A stretch of DNA of 64,000 bases from Candidatus Shapirobacteria bacterium. GTDB lineage: Bacteria > Patescibacteriota > Microgenomatia > UBA12405. A program made the position numbers and the translations under genes. Below the pieces are notes generated by a model. The model searched no databases and was not told the DNA's origin. It saw only the letters and a list, made by a program, of their open reading frames with translations. This document shows, piece by piece, positions 48,513-58,130 of this stretch; position 1 is the stretch's first letter, and each line of letters opens with the position of its first letter. The stretch lies in contig JBBAAS010000002.1 of NCBI GenBank assembly GCA_041658125.1, forward strand, positions 8,951 through 72,950, given 5' to 3'.

Positions 48513-49481
48513 TTAAAAAAGAGAGGTTTGGACGGAATTGTTAATGGAAGTTTCTTTTTTAGAAAGATTTAATTTTTTTTGAAGGCGGGAGGAAAGGGAT
48601 TTGAAATGGTATTGATCAAAAACCGGTAAAAGGTTTTGGGCGAGAACGGAATTCCAACGGGCGGAACGAAGGGTAAAAGTAAGAGGAATGTTGTCGATTA
48701 AGGTAGCGAGTTTCTGCGAAAGATAGGCATTATCTTTGCCTTTTTCAAGGCGTAAACGAACCGAGCCATTTAAATCACTCAAGTGAGAATAAACCCCGTC
48801 AAGAGAATCATATTTTTCTAAAAGTTCGACAGCGGTTTTGGGGCCGATACCTTCGACGCCAGGGTAGTTGTCGGACATATCCCCCATCAAAGCTTTAAGG
48901 TCGATAACCTGTAAAGGCAGAACGCCTAATTTTTCCTTAACTTCGCCGGGTCCAAAAATTTTGGTTTCGGAAAGGCCACGAATAGGAACAAAAAGGTCGA
49001 CTTGAGAGGTAACGAGTTGCATTAAATCTTTGTCGCCGGTGATGATAGTAATTTTGGAAATAAGTTTTTTGCGGGATGATTTAAAAATTTTTTGAAGAGA
49101 CTTTTTGGTGATGGTGGCGATAAGATCATCGGCTTCATAACCCCCCATGGAAAAATTGGAAATATGGGCTTGCTTTAAAGTTTCAGGAAGAAGAGGAAGC
49201 TGGACGATCAGGTCGCGGTCGGGAATTTTACGCTTGGCACGGTAACCAATAAATTCAGATTGACGAAAAGTAGGACCGGGAGAATCAAGACAAACGATAA
49301 GATAATTTGGGTGGAGATTATCAATGGCGGAAAGAAGCATTGAATAAAAACCGTAAAGGGCATTAACGGGTTGGCCATTAACGGTAAGAGACGGAATAGA
49401 ATGATAGGCACGGTGAGCGATCGCGTGGCCGTCAACGATAACAAGATGCATGTATCTGAAATTATAACCCGAAACAACCAA
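48513..49481 (-). CDS. 5'-3' exonuclease (PolI N-terminal/FEN-like domain, standalone)
   Basis: HLVIVDGHAIAHRAYHS...ALYGF...LIVCLDSPGPTFR. The likely start is MHLVIV at about 49451. Confidence 0.75.
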   Translation of the reverse strand: MVVSGYNFRYMHLVIVDGHAIAHRAYHSIPSLTVNGQPVNALYGFYSMLLSAIDNLHPNYLIVCLDSPGPTFRQSEFIGYRAKRKIPDRDLIVQLPLLPETLKQAHISNFSMGGYEADDLIATITKKSLQKIFKSSRKKLISKITIITGDKDLMQLVTSQVDLFVPIRGLSETKIFGPGEVKEKLGVLPLQVIDLKALMGDMSDNYPGVEGIGPKTAVELLEKYDSLDGVYSHLSDLNGSVRLRLEKGKDNAYLSQKLATLIDNIPLTFTLRSARWNSVLAQNLLPVFDQYHFKSLSSRLQKKLNLSKKETSINNSVQTSLF

Positions 49482-49501
49482 TTTACTGATAAAATTAAAT
49501 T

Positions 49502-50365
49502 ATGGAGCAACATCCGATTCCACAACCGATCACCTCGTATGAATTTAAATTGGTCGGAGAGATGACATTAAAGCAATTTTTAAAGGCCGGCGGAGGGATT
49601 GTGGTAGCCTTGCTCATAAACGCAACCAAATTGGTGTTTTTTATAAAATGGCCATTGATGATTTTGTTCGGAGGGGGAGGCTTGGCTTTGGCATTTGTTC
49701 CATTTCAGGACAGACCACTGGAAAAATGGATAGTAGCATTTATCAAATCGATATATTTTCCAACTATCTATACGTATAAAAAGAGAGCTAATAATGATTG
49801 GCTAGAAACAGACATGGTAAAAGCGAAAGCCACAGCAGAGGAAAAGAAAAAGAAGGAGGAAGAACTTCCCATAAAAGACCAGGGAAAGGTAGAAGAGTTC
49901 ATTGAATCACTGCCTTCGGTTAAAAAAGAAGAAAAAGTCCCGGAAAAAGAGGTAGTTAAAATAAATCCGGTAAAAAGCGAAGAGGAAACCGTAAAAAAGG
50001 AAACTAACTGGAGAGATCAAACGACTGATCTCAAGCTGAAAAAAGAAAAACTGAAAGCAACCGGAAGAGCAAGTTTTGGGTCAATCCCGATGCCGGACAT
50101 TCCGGAAATACCAAATATTGTGGTAGGAATGGTAACTGATACGGCAGGTAAGATTGTTGAAGGAACGATTTTGGAAATTCTTGATGCCGAAGGAAATCCG
50201 GTAAGAGTGTTAAAGACAAATGCTTTAGGCCAGTTTAGGATATCGACACCGTTGGCAAATGGACAATATTTAATAATTCCGGAAAAAAAGGGACTTAATT
50301 TTGACAGGGTGAGTATTGATCTTTTAGGAAAAATTGTTCAACCAATTAAAATACAATCTGTCTAA
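49502..50365 (+). CDS. Membrane-anchored protein with Lys/Glu-rich linker and C-terminal beta-rich domain (T4SS-locus associated)
   Basis: N-terminal TM helices. The C-terminal domain is shared with the HAD fusion at 43043-44134. Confidence 0.4.
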   Translation: MEQHPIPQPITSYEFKLVGEMTLKQFLKAGGGIVVALLINATKLVFFIKWPLMILFGGGGLALAFVPFQDRPLEKWIVAFIKSIYFPTIYTYKKRANNDWLETDMVKAKATAEEKKKKEEELPIKDQGKVEEFIESLPSVKKEEKVPEKEVVKINPVKSEEETVKKETNWRDQTTDLKLKKEKLKATGRASFGSIPMPDIPEIPNIVVGMVTDTAGKIVEGTILEILDAEGNPVRVLKTNALGQFRISTPLANGQYLIIPEKKGLNFDRVSIDLLGKIVQPIKIQSV

Positions 50366-50398
50366 GAGGGTAGTTTTTGCGTTATTATTAAATAGTCT

Positions 50399-51115
50399 AT
50401 GCCGATTGACCCATTAAAAATAGCTATCAGAGGGAGTACTCAAGACCATTTGCCGGTGGAGGATGTGATTAATGGAATCGTTCTATTAAAAGACGGTTCG
50501 GCAGCAATGATAATGCAGGTATCGTCGGTTAATTTCGACTTGTTGTCAGAAAGAGAACAATCGGCTCTGGTTTTTGCTTATGGAGGAATATTAAATTCTT
50601 TGAGCTTCCCAATACAAATTGTGATTCAAACGAACAGAAAAGATGTAAGTGCCTATTTGCAAAATCTAAAAACTGCCGAAGAAGAACAGGAAAATAAACT
50701 TTTAGGAGAGAAAATAAAGAGTTACCGAAAATTTATTGAAGAAACAGTAAAAAGAAATGACGTGCTATCAAAATCTTTTTATGTAGTGGTCCCGTTTTCG
50801 ATCTTAGAATTAGGGATTAAGACGGCATCGAGCCAATTAACAAGTAGCCTGCCGCTATTGGGAAGACAAACGGAAAGATCGCTGCCCTTTCCAAAGGAAC
50901 AAATTTTAGAAAAAGCTAAAGCCAGTTTGGAACCCAAAAGAGACCATTTGATGAGGCTGTTTTCCAGATTGGGATTGGAAATAAAACAATTAGATACAAA
51001 AGAAATGATTGAATTGTTTTACCGACTGTACAATGAAGAAACTGCTATTAATCAAAAGATTTCGAATTTGAGTTATGGAACGCCAGCGGTGATGGCAAAA
51101 ATTAAAAAAACATGA
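50399..51115 (+). CDS. VirB4-like N-terminal domain fragment (split gene or frameshift)
   Basis: DVINGIVLLKDGSAAMIMQVSSVNFDLLSEREQ resembles the VirB4/CagE N-terminal region. Its stop overlaps the next ORF start (ATGA) right after an A7 tract. Confidence 0.45.
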   Translation: MPIDPLKIAIRGSTQDHLPVEDVINGIVLLKDGSAAMIMQVSSVNFDLLSEREQSALVFAYGGILNSLSFPIQIVIQTNRKDVSAYLQNLKTAEEEQENKLLGEKIKSYRKFIEETVKRNDVLSKSFYVVVPFSILELGIKTASSQLTSSLPLLGRQTERSLPFPKEQILEKAKASLEPKRDHLMRLFSRLGLEIKQLDTKEMIELFYRLYNEETAINQKISNLSYGTPAVMAKIKKT

Positions 51116-53469
51116 AAATATTTAGTTTTGGCAAAAAAAAAGAAGAGATAAAAAAGACAGAGACACCGGTAACGGCGGACAATAAATTGACTGGAGCTAA
51201 AAAATTTGTTGAGGGATTGGTTTCGACGAAGGACATTATTGCCCCGGCGGCACTGGAAGTTGATTTTAACCACATAAGGATTGGTAACCGGTACTATAGA
51301 ACATTGTTTGTAGCCGGATATCCAAGATTTGTGGGAATAAATTGGCTGTCACCACTGGTTAATTTTGACGCGTCACTGAACGTGTCGATGTATATTTATC
51401 CGACGGACGGAAAAGAAATTCTAGATGATTTAAGAAGAAAGATTGCGGAAATGGAGGCTGAAATTAACACTGATTTACAGAGAGGGAGAGTGGTAAATCC
51501 GGCAACACAGGCAAAGCTGGAAGATGCTTTGAATTTACAAGCAGAATTGGTGAGGGGAGAGGAGAGATTTTTTCAATTTGGACTTTATGTAACGATATCG
51601 ACTGATTCGGAAGAAGAATTAGATAGAATCAATAAAAATATTGAAGCGGCGTTGGGATCGTTGATGATAATCAGTAAAAGAGCAACATTGCAAATGGAAG
51701 ATGGCTTTGTAACGACTCTGCCATTGTGTATAGACAGATTGGGAATCACCAGAAATATGGATACGACGTCACTGGCAACAACTTTTCCGTTTGTGTCATC
51801 GGATTTATCTGACGATAAGGGGATAATGTATGGAATTAATGAACACAACGGAAGCTTGGTAATTTTTGATAGATTTTCAATGCCGAATTATAATTCGGTA
51901 GTATTTGCCACGGCCGGAGCGGGAAAATCGTATTTGATTAAGCTGGAAGCAATAAGATCGCTGATGATGGGGACAGAAATCATTGTAATTGATCCGGAAA
52001 ACGAGTACCGAAACTTGAGCGACGCAGTGGGAGGACAATATATTGCGTTTGGGTATGGTGAAGAGTCAAAAATTAATCCATTTGATTTGTCATTAACGGA
52101 AGAAGAAGGAGAAAATGCTCTGAATGCAAAAATGTTGAATTTACATGGTTTGCTCAAGGTGATGCTGGGAGAAATGAACCCAATGGAAGAATCTATTATG
52201 GATAAAGCATTGATGGAGGCTTATAAGGCAAAAGGAATTACTCCTGACCCAACGACCCAAAATAAAGAACCGCCATTAATCGAAGATTTATATAAGTCGT
52301 TGATGGGAATGGAAGATAAGTCGGCACAAACATTAGCAGCACGAATGGAAAAATATATAAAAGGTTCCTTTGCCGGAATTTTTAACCAAAAAACAACCGT
52401 AAATTTAAAAAACAAAATGGTGGTGTTCGGCATCAGAAATCTGGAAGAAGCCTTAAGACCAATAGCGATGCATATTATTCTTGACTATATTTGGACGGTA
52501 GTGAAAAAAACCCTAAAAAAAAGAATAATGATTGTGGATGAGGCGTGGTATTTGATGCAGTTTCCGGATTCGGCGGCATTTTTGAGAGGAATTGTAAAAA
52601 GAAGCAGAAAATATTATTTGGGAGTAACAACAATTACCCAAGATGTGGATGATTTTTTAAAGACGCCGTACGGAAAAGAAATTGTGACCAACAGTGCAAT
52701 TCAAATTCTTTTAAAACAACACAGTGCGGCAATAGACCAAATAGGAGAGGTGTTTTACCTGTCAGAAGGAGAGAAACAGTTATTATTAACCGCTGATAAG
52801 GGGGAAGGAATATTTTTTGCCGGACAAAACCACGTAGCGATTAGGGTGATTGCCTCGGCAGATGAGCATAAACTGATCACCTCAAACCCAGAAGAAGTGA
52901 TGCAAATGAAAAAGACGGTGGAAGAAAAAAAGAAAGAACCGGAAAAACCAATGACAGTGGCAGAACCACCAAAGCCGATTTTGGTTAATAAACCTATAAC
53001 TGAAAATAGTAATCAAGTAGTAGAAATTGAAAGTGGTCCGGTATTAAACGCCATTTCCCCGAAGGTAGAAGATGTATTGCAAAAACGGATAAAAGAAATG
53101 GAAGAACAGGAGAAAAAAGAAATTGAAGAGCACAGGAAGGAAGTTGAGGTTGAAGAGAAAGAAAAAGAAAGTAAAAATCAATCTTTGGGCGGTTTTGGAT
53201 CTTTACCGAAATATCAGGATTTATTTAAGCCAACGGCAAACAAATTACCTCCCTTGCCCCCACTGCCGCCATTACCAAAATACGAACCGGTAATAAAGCC
53301 GATATTTATTACCCCCGAACCAAAAATTCCGCAACCACCGCAATTGGTTAAGAAAAATAAACCTGAATTTGTGGCACCAGAGCAAAACAAAACCGTGGCA
53401 TCACAAGCTCCAGCGGATAAAAAAACCGGACTAACCTACGACAAACTATTTGGCGACGGAATCGTTTAG
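51112..53469 (+). CDS. virB4: Type IV secretion ATPase VirB4/TraE family with Pro/Lys/Glu-rich C-terminal tail
   Basis: Walker A ATAGAGKSYL and Walker B IMIVDEAW. The upstream YYRTLFVAGYP region is VirB4-like. The tail carries PPLPPLPPLP repeats. Confidence 0.75.
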   Translation: MKIFSFGKKKEEIKKTETPVTADNKLTGAKKFVEGLVSTKDIIAPAALEVDFNHIRIGNRYYRTLFVAGYPRFVGINWLSPLVNFDASLNVSMYIYPTDGKEILDDLRRKIAEMEAEINTDLQRGRVVNPATQAKLEDALNLQAELVRGEERFFQFGLYVTISTDSEEELDRINKNIEAALGSLMIISKRATLQMEDGFVTTLPLCIDRLGITRNMDTTSLATTFPFVSSDLSDDKGIMYGINEHNGSLVIFDRFSMPNYNSVVFATAGAGKSYLIKLEAIRSLMMGTEIIVIDPENEYRNLSDAVGGQYIAFGYGEESKINPFDLSLTEEEGENALNAKMLNLHGLLKVMLGEMNPMEESIMDKALMEAYKAKGITPDPTTQNKEPPLIEDLYKSLMGMEDKSAQTLAARMEKYIKGSFAGIFNQKTTVNLKNKMVVFGIRNLEEALRPIAMHIILDYIWTVVKKTLKKRIMIVDEAWYLMQFPDSAAFLRGIVKRSRKYYLGVTTITQDVDDFLKTPYGKEIVTNSAIQILLKQHSAAIDQIGEVFYLSEGEKQLLLTADKGEGIFFAGQNHVAIRVIASADEHKLITSNPEEVMQMKKTVEEKKKEPEKPMTVAEPPKPILVNKPITENSNQVVEIESGPVLNAISPKVEDVLQKRIKEMEEQEKKEIEEHRKEVEVEEKEKESKNQSLGGFGSLPKYQDLFKPTANKLPPLPPLPPLPKYEPVIKPIFITPEPKIPQPPQLVKKNKPEFVAPEQNKTVASQAPADKKTGLTYDKLFGDGIV

Positions 53470-53485
53470 ATTGGTATAATTTCAA

Positions 53486-56218
53486 TTGATGGATCAGATT
53501 TTAACCAAAGAAGAAACAGTAATACAGGAGATAAATTCGAGAGACTGCCGAACAGTAAATGAAGTCATTAAAGCCCTGGGTGAATTAATTGCTAATCACG
53601 GAAAACTGATAAAAGGAAGACTGGAAGATAGAATTTTCCAAGTATATCTGGCGATAGGAGCCAGAGAAGATTTTGATGTAACCCAACCATTGACGGAAAT
53701 GGTAAAAACGCTGGATCGTTTGGACGATAAAACAAAAACAGAAAAAATTGAAGATTTGTCTAAACAAGTTAAAGAAAAGATAGATGAAGCATTGAAGGAC
53801 AAACCTTCAGAAGAAATAAAATTGGGGTCAAAACAGTTGACCAGAGATGAACTAAGAGTGCTGATAAGAGAATATGAAGAACATTTAATTAAAGAAAATG
53901 GAAATAAAGAAAAAGCAATGGCGAGGCTGGTGGAAGGAAACGCAAGAGGAAAAAAGAGCGCAGAAATAATCGCGAGATTAGAGGAAATAAAAATAGAAAT
54001 CAAAGAAAACGGGCTGGCCGAAAATAAGATTGAAAAAATGGCCATAGATTTAGTGATAGAAGAAAATTTATTGGTAGCTGAACTGAAAGAGAAATTGCCT
54101 GACGAAAAAGCTGAAGCAATTTCAAAAATGACAACAGAGGTGACGATGAATGAAATAGTAAAAGGAATAGGAGAAATTAATAAAGAAGAAGTGACAGGGC
54201 AAGTGTTAAAAAAAGTAAAAGAGATAGATATTCAAAAAAATGATCTAGAGACCATCGAAGAATTGGTGATAGAGGAAGTGATAGGGAGAGTAGCGGAAAA
54301 GAAAATAGAGATTGAGGCAAATAAGGTTGCAGTGGAAATGTTAAAAAGACTGAAAGATGAAGGAATAGTAATCTCCGAAAGAAAAGTTGATGAAAATAAT
54401 TTAACAGAAAGAATTGAAACTCAAATATCGGAAGTTTGGAAAGGAAAAAGAGAATCGCTTTCCGAAAGCCTAGTAGTAGAAGTGGCTAATGCCAGTAAGG
54501 TTAATGACGAAAATTCCTTACTTAGAATAAGTCAGATAGTAAAGGAAGGAGAAATACAGATAAGAGAGCACACTAGAAATAATTTTGCCTTGAGACAAGA
54601 AGCTAAAATGGCGGAATTGAGAGGAGAAATTATAGAGACAGTAAACAAGGCCGATTCGACAATAAGCCCAGCAGTTGTAAGAGAATACGGTCGACTAGTA
54701 AGTAGTTTTTATCGAGTACCCTTAAGTGAGTATCAGAAAAGTGCGGTAGAAAGCGTAGAAAAAGTTCATGGACCGGGAAAAGCAAAGGTGGCTTGGGGAT
54801 ATACGGAAGCTTATTTGGGAATGTTAACCGACCCAAATATCGTTCAAAACACTGAAAAACTGAATAAGATTCTTGATAAATATCCACAATTTGAAGGCAT
54901 GGTTAATGGAATTGAAAAAGCCAGAACAGTTAATGGATTAGCGAGAACTCTTCAAAAGAGTGAAGTAATGCAGGGGCTTTTAGGTTCTCAAAAATTCGCT
55001 CAAATAACAGGTTTTATAGATAATCCGTTTGGATATTTCGGACAAAAATTATTAACAAGCGAAGGAGTAAAGGCGTTTATCGGAAAAATTGGCGGTCAAG
55101 AGTTGGTGACCGGATTGACAAATATTTTTTCTAAAGGCGGAGGGACAGCAGAAATGTTGATGGCGGCAGGAAAATCGATTCTAGCTAAGTTAGGAGGAAC
55201 AGCGGCAACAACAGCTGTCGCAGGAGGAGCGGCAACAGCCGGAGGAACGGCAATAGCGGCGGCGACAGGGCCACCAGGGTGGATTGCTGCGGCGGCGATA
55301 GCAGTAATAAGCGTAGCAAAAAAGATATTTGGGAAAATAAAAGATTTATTTGGAGGTTTATTTGAAAGTTTAGGAATTGACAAAAAAGCCTTGGATTTGT
55401 TTGGCGGACTTAAAAGTTGGATGCGAAATAATTTAGGAGGAATATTTGGAAAAGCGGGAGAGGCGTTATTAGGAGTAGCTGAAATGCCATTGCAATTAGT
55501 CGAAATGTTGTCGATGGTAGCAATAGGAACCGTGGTGGCGTTAATAGTACCGCTGTTTTTTATTGGTTTTTTTGTTTATCAAATGTTGCAATCAAATCAA
55601 GTTTCAACGTTAGTCCCGCCGGTGGGGATGGGAGCCGGTGAAGAAGGAACATCTTCGACGATTCCGCCGTATTTATTAACTGATTGTATGAGCAGTCCGG
55701 CATGCGCCGTAATCGATTATCTTCGATATAAAAAAGGAATTACTAATGTGAATACGGGGAACGTAAACCAAGCGGCAAGTTATGTCCAAGAATGGGTGAA
55801 TCCACCGGTAGGATTTGACAAAGGATATTTTAATACAATAATGACGGCAAATACTGCCAGTTGGACTTATTTTCAATGTTTAGGATTTAGTTTTAGTATT
55901 GATAAAGAACTGGCAAGTTTAGGGGAAGAAATTGACGGATTAGTAGATGAAAATGATAGTACTCCCGGATGTGAACCGGTGACGATTGAAAATGCAGGAG
56001 CCGGTGATCATATAATGTACATGGGACCACATATTTTAGAATTATCAGTATTCAGGCCTGACGATGGAAGTGGAATAATTTCGGATGTTAACGGAGACAG
56101 GCAAGGTATGTTGAGAAATATGCACAAGGGGGCGAATGGAAGCGGTGACAGTATAAGAGATTTTTTGATCAGTAAAAAAAATCAGTATTCTCGGTTTAAA
56201 ATATTAAGATGCAGATGA
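53486..56218 (+). CDS. Large membrane protein with coiled-coil N-terminus, Gly/Ala-rich TM region and C-terminal CHAP-like peptidoglycan hydrolase domain
   Basis: The C-terminus carries WTYFQCLGFSF (Cys) and GDHIMYMGPHILEL (His) in a CHAP-like arrangement. This architecture is typical of T4SS-associated cell-wall hydrolases in monoderm conjugation systems. Confidence 0.5.
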   Translation: MMDQILTKEETVIQEINSRDCRTVNEVIKALGELIANHGKLIKGRLEDRIFQVYLAIGAREDFDVTQPLTEMVKTLDRLDDKTKTEKIEDLSKQVKEKIDEALKDKPSEEIKLGSKQLTRDELRVLIREYEEHLIKENGNKEKAMARLVEGNARGKKSAEIIARLEEIKIEIKENGLAENKIEKMAIDLVIEENLLVAELKEKLPDEKAEAISKMTTEVTMNEIVKGIGEINKEEVTGQVLKKVKEIDIQKNDLETIEELVIEEVIGRVAEKKIEIEANKVAVEMLKRLKDEGIVISERKVDENNLTERIETQISEVWKGKRESLSESLVVEVANASKVNDENSLLRISQIVKEGEIQIREHTRNNFALRQEAKMAELRGEIIETVNKADSTISPAVVREYGRLVSSFYRVPLSEYQKSAVESVEKVHGPGKAKVAWGYTEAYLGMLTDPNIVQNTEKLNKILDKYPQFEGMVNGIEKARTVNGLARTLQKSEVMQGLLGSQKFAQITGFIDNPFGYFGQKLLTSEGVKAFIGKIGGQELVTGLTNIFSKGGGTAEMLMAAGKSILAKLGGTAATTAVAGGAATAGGTAIAAATGPPGWIAAAAIAVISVAKKIFGKIKDLFGGLFESLGIDKKALDLFGGLKSWMRNNLGGIFGKAGEALLGVAEMPLQLVEMLSMVAIGTVVALIVPLFFIGFFVYQMLQSNQVSTLVPPVGMGAGEEGTSSTIPPYLLTDCMSSPACAVIDYLRYKKGITNVNTGNVNQAASYVQEWVNPPVGFDKGYFNTIMTANTASWTYFQCLGFSFSIDKELASLGEEIDGLVDENDSTPGCEPVTIENAGAGDHIMYMGPHILELSVFRPDDGSGIISDVNGDRQGMLRNMHKGANGSGDSIRDFLISKKNQYSRFKILRCR

Positions 56219-56649
56219 AAGAAAAAATAAAAAAATATTGGTGGATAGGGATTTTGTTAATAATATGGATAATAGTAGTTTTCTTTTTAAAGAAACCGGC
56301 AGAAGAAAAGAAAAGCGAAAATGAAGTATCGAGAACAACGCCAACGACGATAATAATTTCCGGACCAACGATATTTACCGGGGGAACCGGACCGGATGAG
56401 GCGTCGGCAAAGGAACTTATGAAGGAATATGAACAATCACTAAAAGATTATCCTTTGGCTGATAAATTACCTTACAGTGGAAATGGCTTTGTGATAGATC
56501 ATTATGTAGCCAGATTAAAGGTAGCGATTTATGTTGAGGAAGGAGTTAACAGAGAAGAAGTTGTAAAAGAATTTGACAAATGGTTGGGACAAAATGGTTT
56601 TAAAGCCGGATCACATCAGGTAGAATGGAGGTTGAAGGAGAAAAAATGA
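56209..56649 (+). CDS. Membrane-anchored hypothetical protein
   Basis: One N-terminal TM helix. 146 aa. Confidence 0.35.
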   Translation: MQMKEKIKKYWWIGILLIIWIIVVFFLKKPAEEKKSENEVSRTTPTTIIISGPTIFTGGTGPDEASAKELMKEYEQSLKDYPLADKLPYSGNGFVIDHYVARLKVAIYVEEGVNREEVVKEFDKWLGQNGFKAGSHQVEWRLKEKK

Positions 56650-56749
56650 ATAGAGGGGAATTTGTCAAGAAATATCAAATAATTTTAGTGCTGGGATTTG
56701 TGGCCGGAGCGATGGCAGTAATTAAGGTTTTGGTAGTACTGGGAAAAAT

Positions 56750-57871
56750 TTAGTCCTGAATACGGACAGGCATGATGATGTGGGTGAAGTTGGGATCGGA
56801 TTGGTCGTGAAAAAAGCCAGGAGTCAGAGGTTCGTTAAGCTCGATTATAATTTCTTCACCCTTACAAACAGTAAGAAAATCGGAAACGAATTTGTAATTA
56901 AAAGCAATTTCTAAAGGATCACCTTCAAACTTAGCCTCCACGGAGGCTTGGTTTTGACCAAGTTGGGGAGCATTAGCGGAAAGAATAAGCTTAGATTTTT
57001 GAAGACTGAATTTGACGACATTGGCCGATTTTTGAGCAAAAACGGAAGCAATTTTGACGGCTTGAACAAATTCGACTTTGTTGATAAAGATTTTTTTGGA
57101 AAAACTTTCCGGAATAATTCTTTGGTAATCAGGATAATCGCCATCGATGAGACGGGAGACGAGCTCCAGATCCTCTAAAACGAAGACGAGCTGGTGACCA
57201 TCTAATGTTAGACCCATTTGCAGCTTTTTAGCAGTCTTGGAAAGCTTGGTGATTTCCAGAAGGGTCTTTTGGGGGATAAGGAAAGAAATCGGATGGTCGT
57301 TTTTTAAAGAAAGTGGTTCGACCAGTTTAATAATTTTTTGAGAAAGACGAAAACCATCAGTAGTAACCAAAGTAATATTGTTGGGGGCAAATTGACAAAG
57401 GACAGCGGTTAAAACCGGACGGGTGTCATCGGCGGCGGCGGAAAAAGCAATTTGAGAAATGGCCTGATTAAATAAAGAAAGATCAATATCAAAAGCGGTT
57501 TTAGGGTCAAGTGACGGCAAAACAGGAAAATCAGCGGCGGGAATAGTAGCAAAAGTCGACTCGGCCCGGGAAGAAGTAATTTTTAAGAGATTTTTATCGT
57601 CTAAAGAAAGATCAATTTTGCCGGATGACAGATAAGAAATAAATTCAGTAATTTCGCGGTTAGGAATAGTAGTACTCCCCTCTTTTTCGATTTTGGCACC
57701 AATCCAATAGTTAATACCGACTTCTAAATTGGTAGCCGATAATTTGAGACGACCTTCATCGGTAGAAATAAGAATATTATTTAGAATCGGAAGCTGGCTT
57801 TTAGAAGAGACAAAACGGGAAACGTTTTGGAGAGCCAGATTAAAGTTTTCTTGAAGGAGGGAAAGTTGCAT
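56750..57871 (-). CDS. dnaN: DNA polymerase III beta subunit (sliding clamp)
   Basis: N-terminus MQLSLLQENFNLALQNVSRFVSSKSQLPILNNILI, three-domain length (373 aa), and position directly downstream of dnaA. Confidence 0.85.
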   Translation of the reverse strand: MQLSLLQENFNLALQNVSRFVSSKSQLPILNNILISTDEGRLKLSATNLEVGINYWIGAKIEKEGSTTIPNREITEFISYLSSGKIDLSLDDKNLLKITSSRAESTFATIPAADFPVLPSLDPKTAFDIDLSLFNQAISQIAFSAAADDTRPVLTAVLCQFAPNNITLVTTDGFRLSQKIIKLVEPLSLKNDHPISFLIPQKTLLEITKLSKTAKKLQMGLTLDGHQLVFVLEDLELVSRLIDGDYPDYQRIIPESFSKKIFINKVEFVQAVKIASVFAQKSANVVKFSLQKSKLILSANAPQLGQNQASVEAKFEGDPLEIAFNYKFVSDFLTVCKGEEIIIELNEPLTPGFFHDQSDPNFTHIIMPVRIQD

Positions 57872-58130
57872 TGGCTAATTATAATAAAAAGTAATTAATA
57901 AAATAGTAGATGTAGTTGTAGGACGGTGGAGAAGTTGATAGATTGATAATTAGTAAGCTGTAGGCGGTAAATTTTATGTTTAAAAGAAAGTATTTAGCGA
58001 ACAGTAGTTATTTATCGGGAAGTATTGGCTTATAAAGTGAAGCTTAATTTGGGTAAGCTTCGGGGGAAAAGAAGGGGGCTTCTGTGGAAAAGTCGGTGGA
58101 TAAACAGAACAGGAAAGTGGAAAACTAATT
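57872..58130. promoter_or_regulatory. oriC-like dnaA-dnaN intergenic region (AT-rich DUE plus DnaA boxes)
   Basis: AT-rich stretch at 57872-57910. Minus-strand DnaA boxes TTATCCACC (58095-58103) and TTTTCCACA (58083-58091). Confidence 0.55.

Noticed and set aside
56647-56753. 35-aa hydrophobic micro-ORF (MNRGEFVKKYQIILVLGFVAGAMAVIKVLVVLGKI) with ATGA overlap to the preceding gene
   Set aside because: It is plausible as a small membrane peptide, but it is too short to support without conservation or ribosome-profiling evidence. It is mentioned only inside the T4SS-locus finding.
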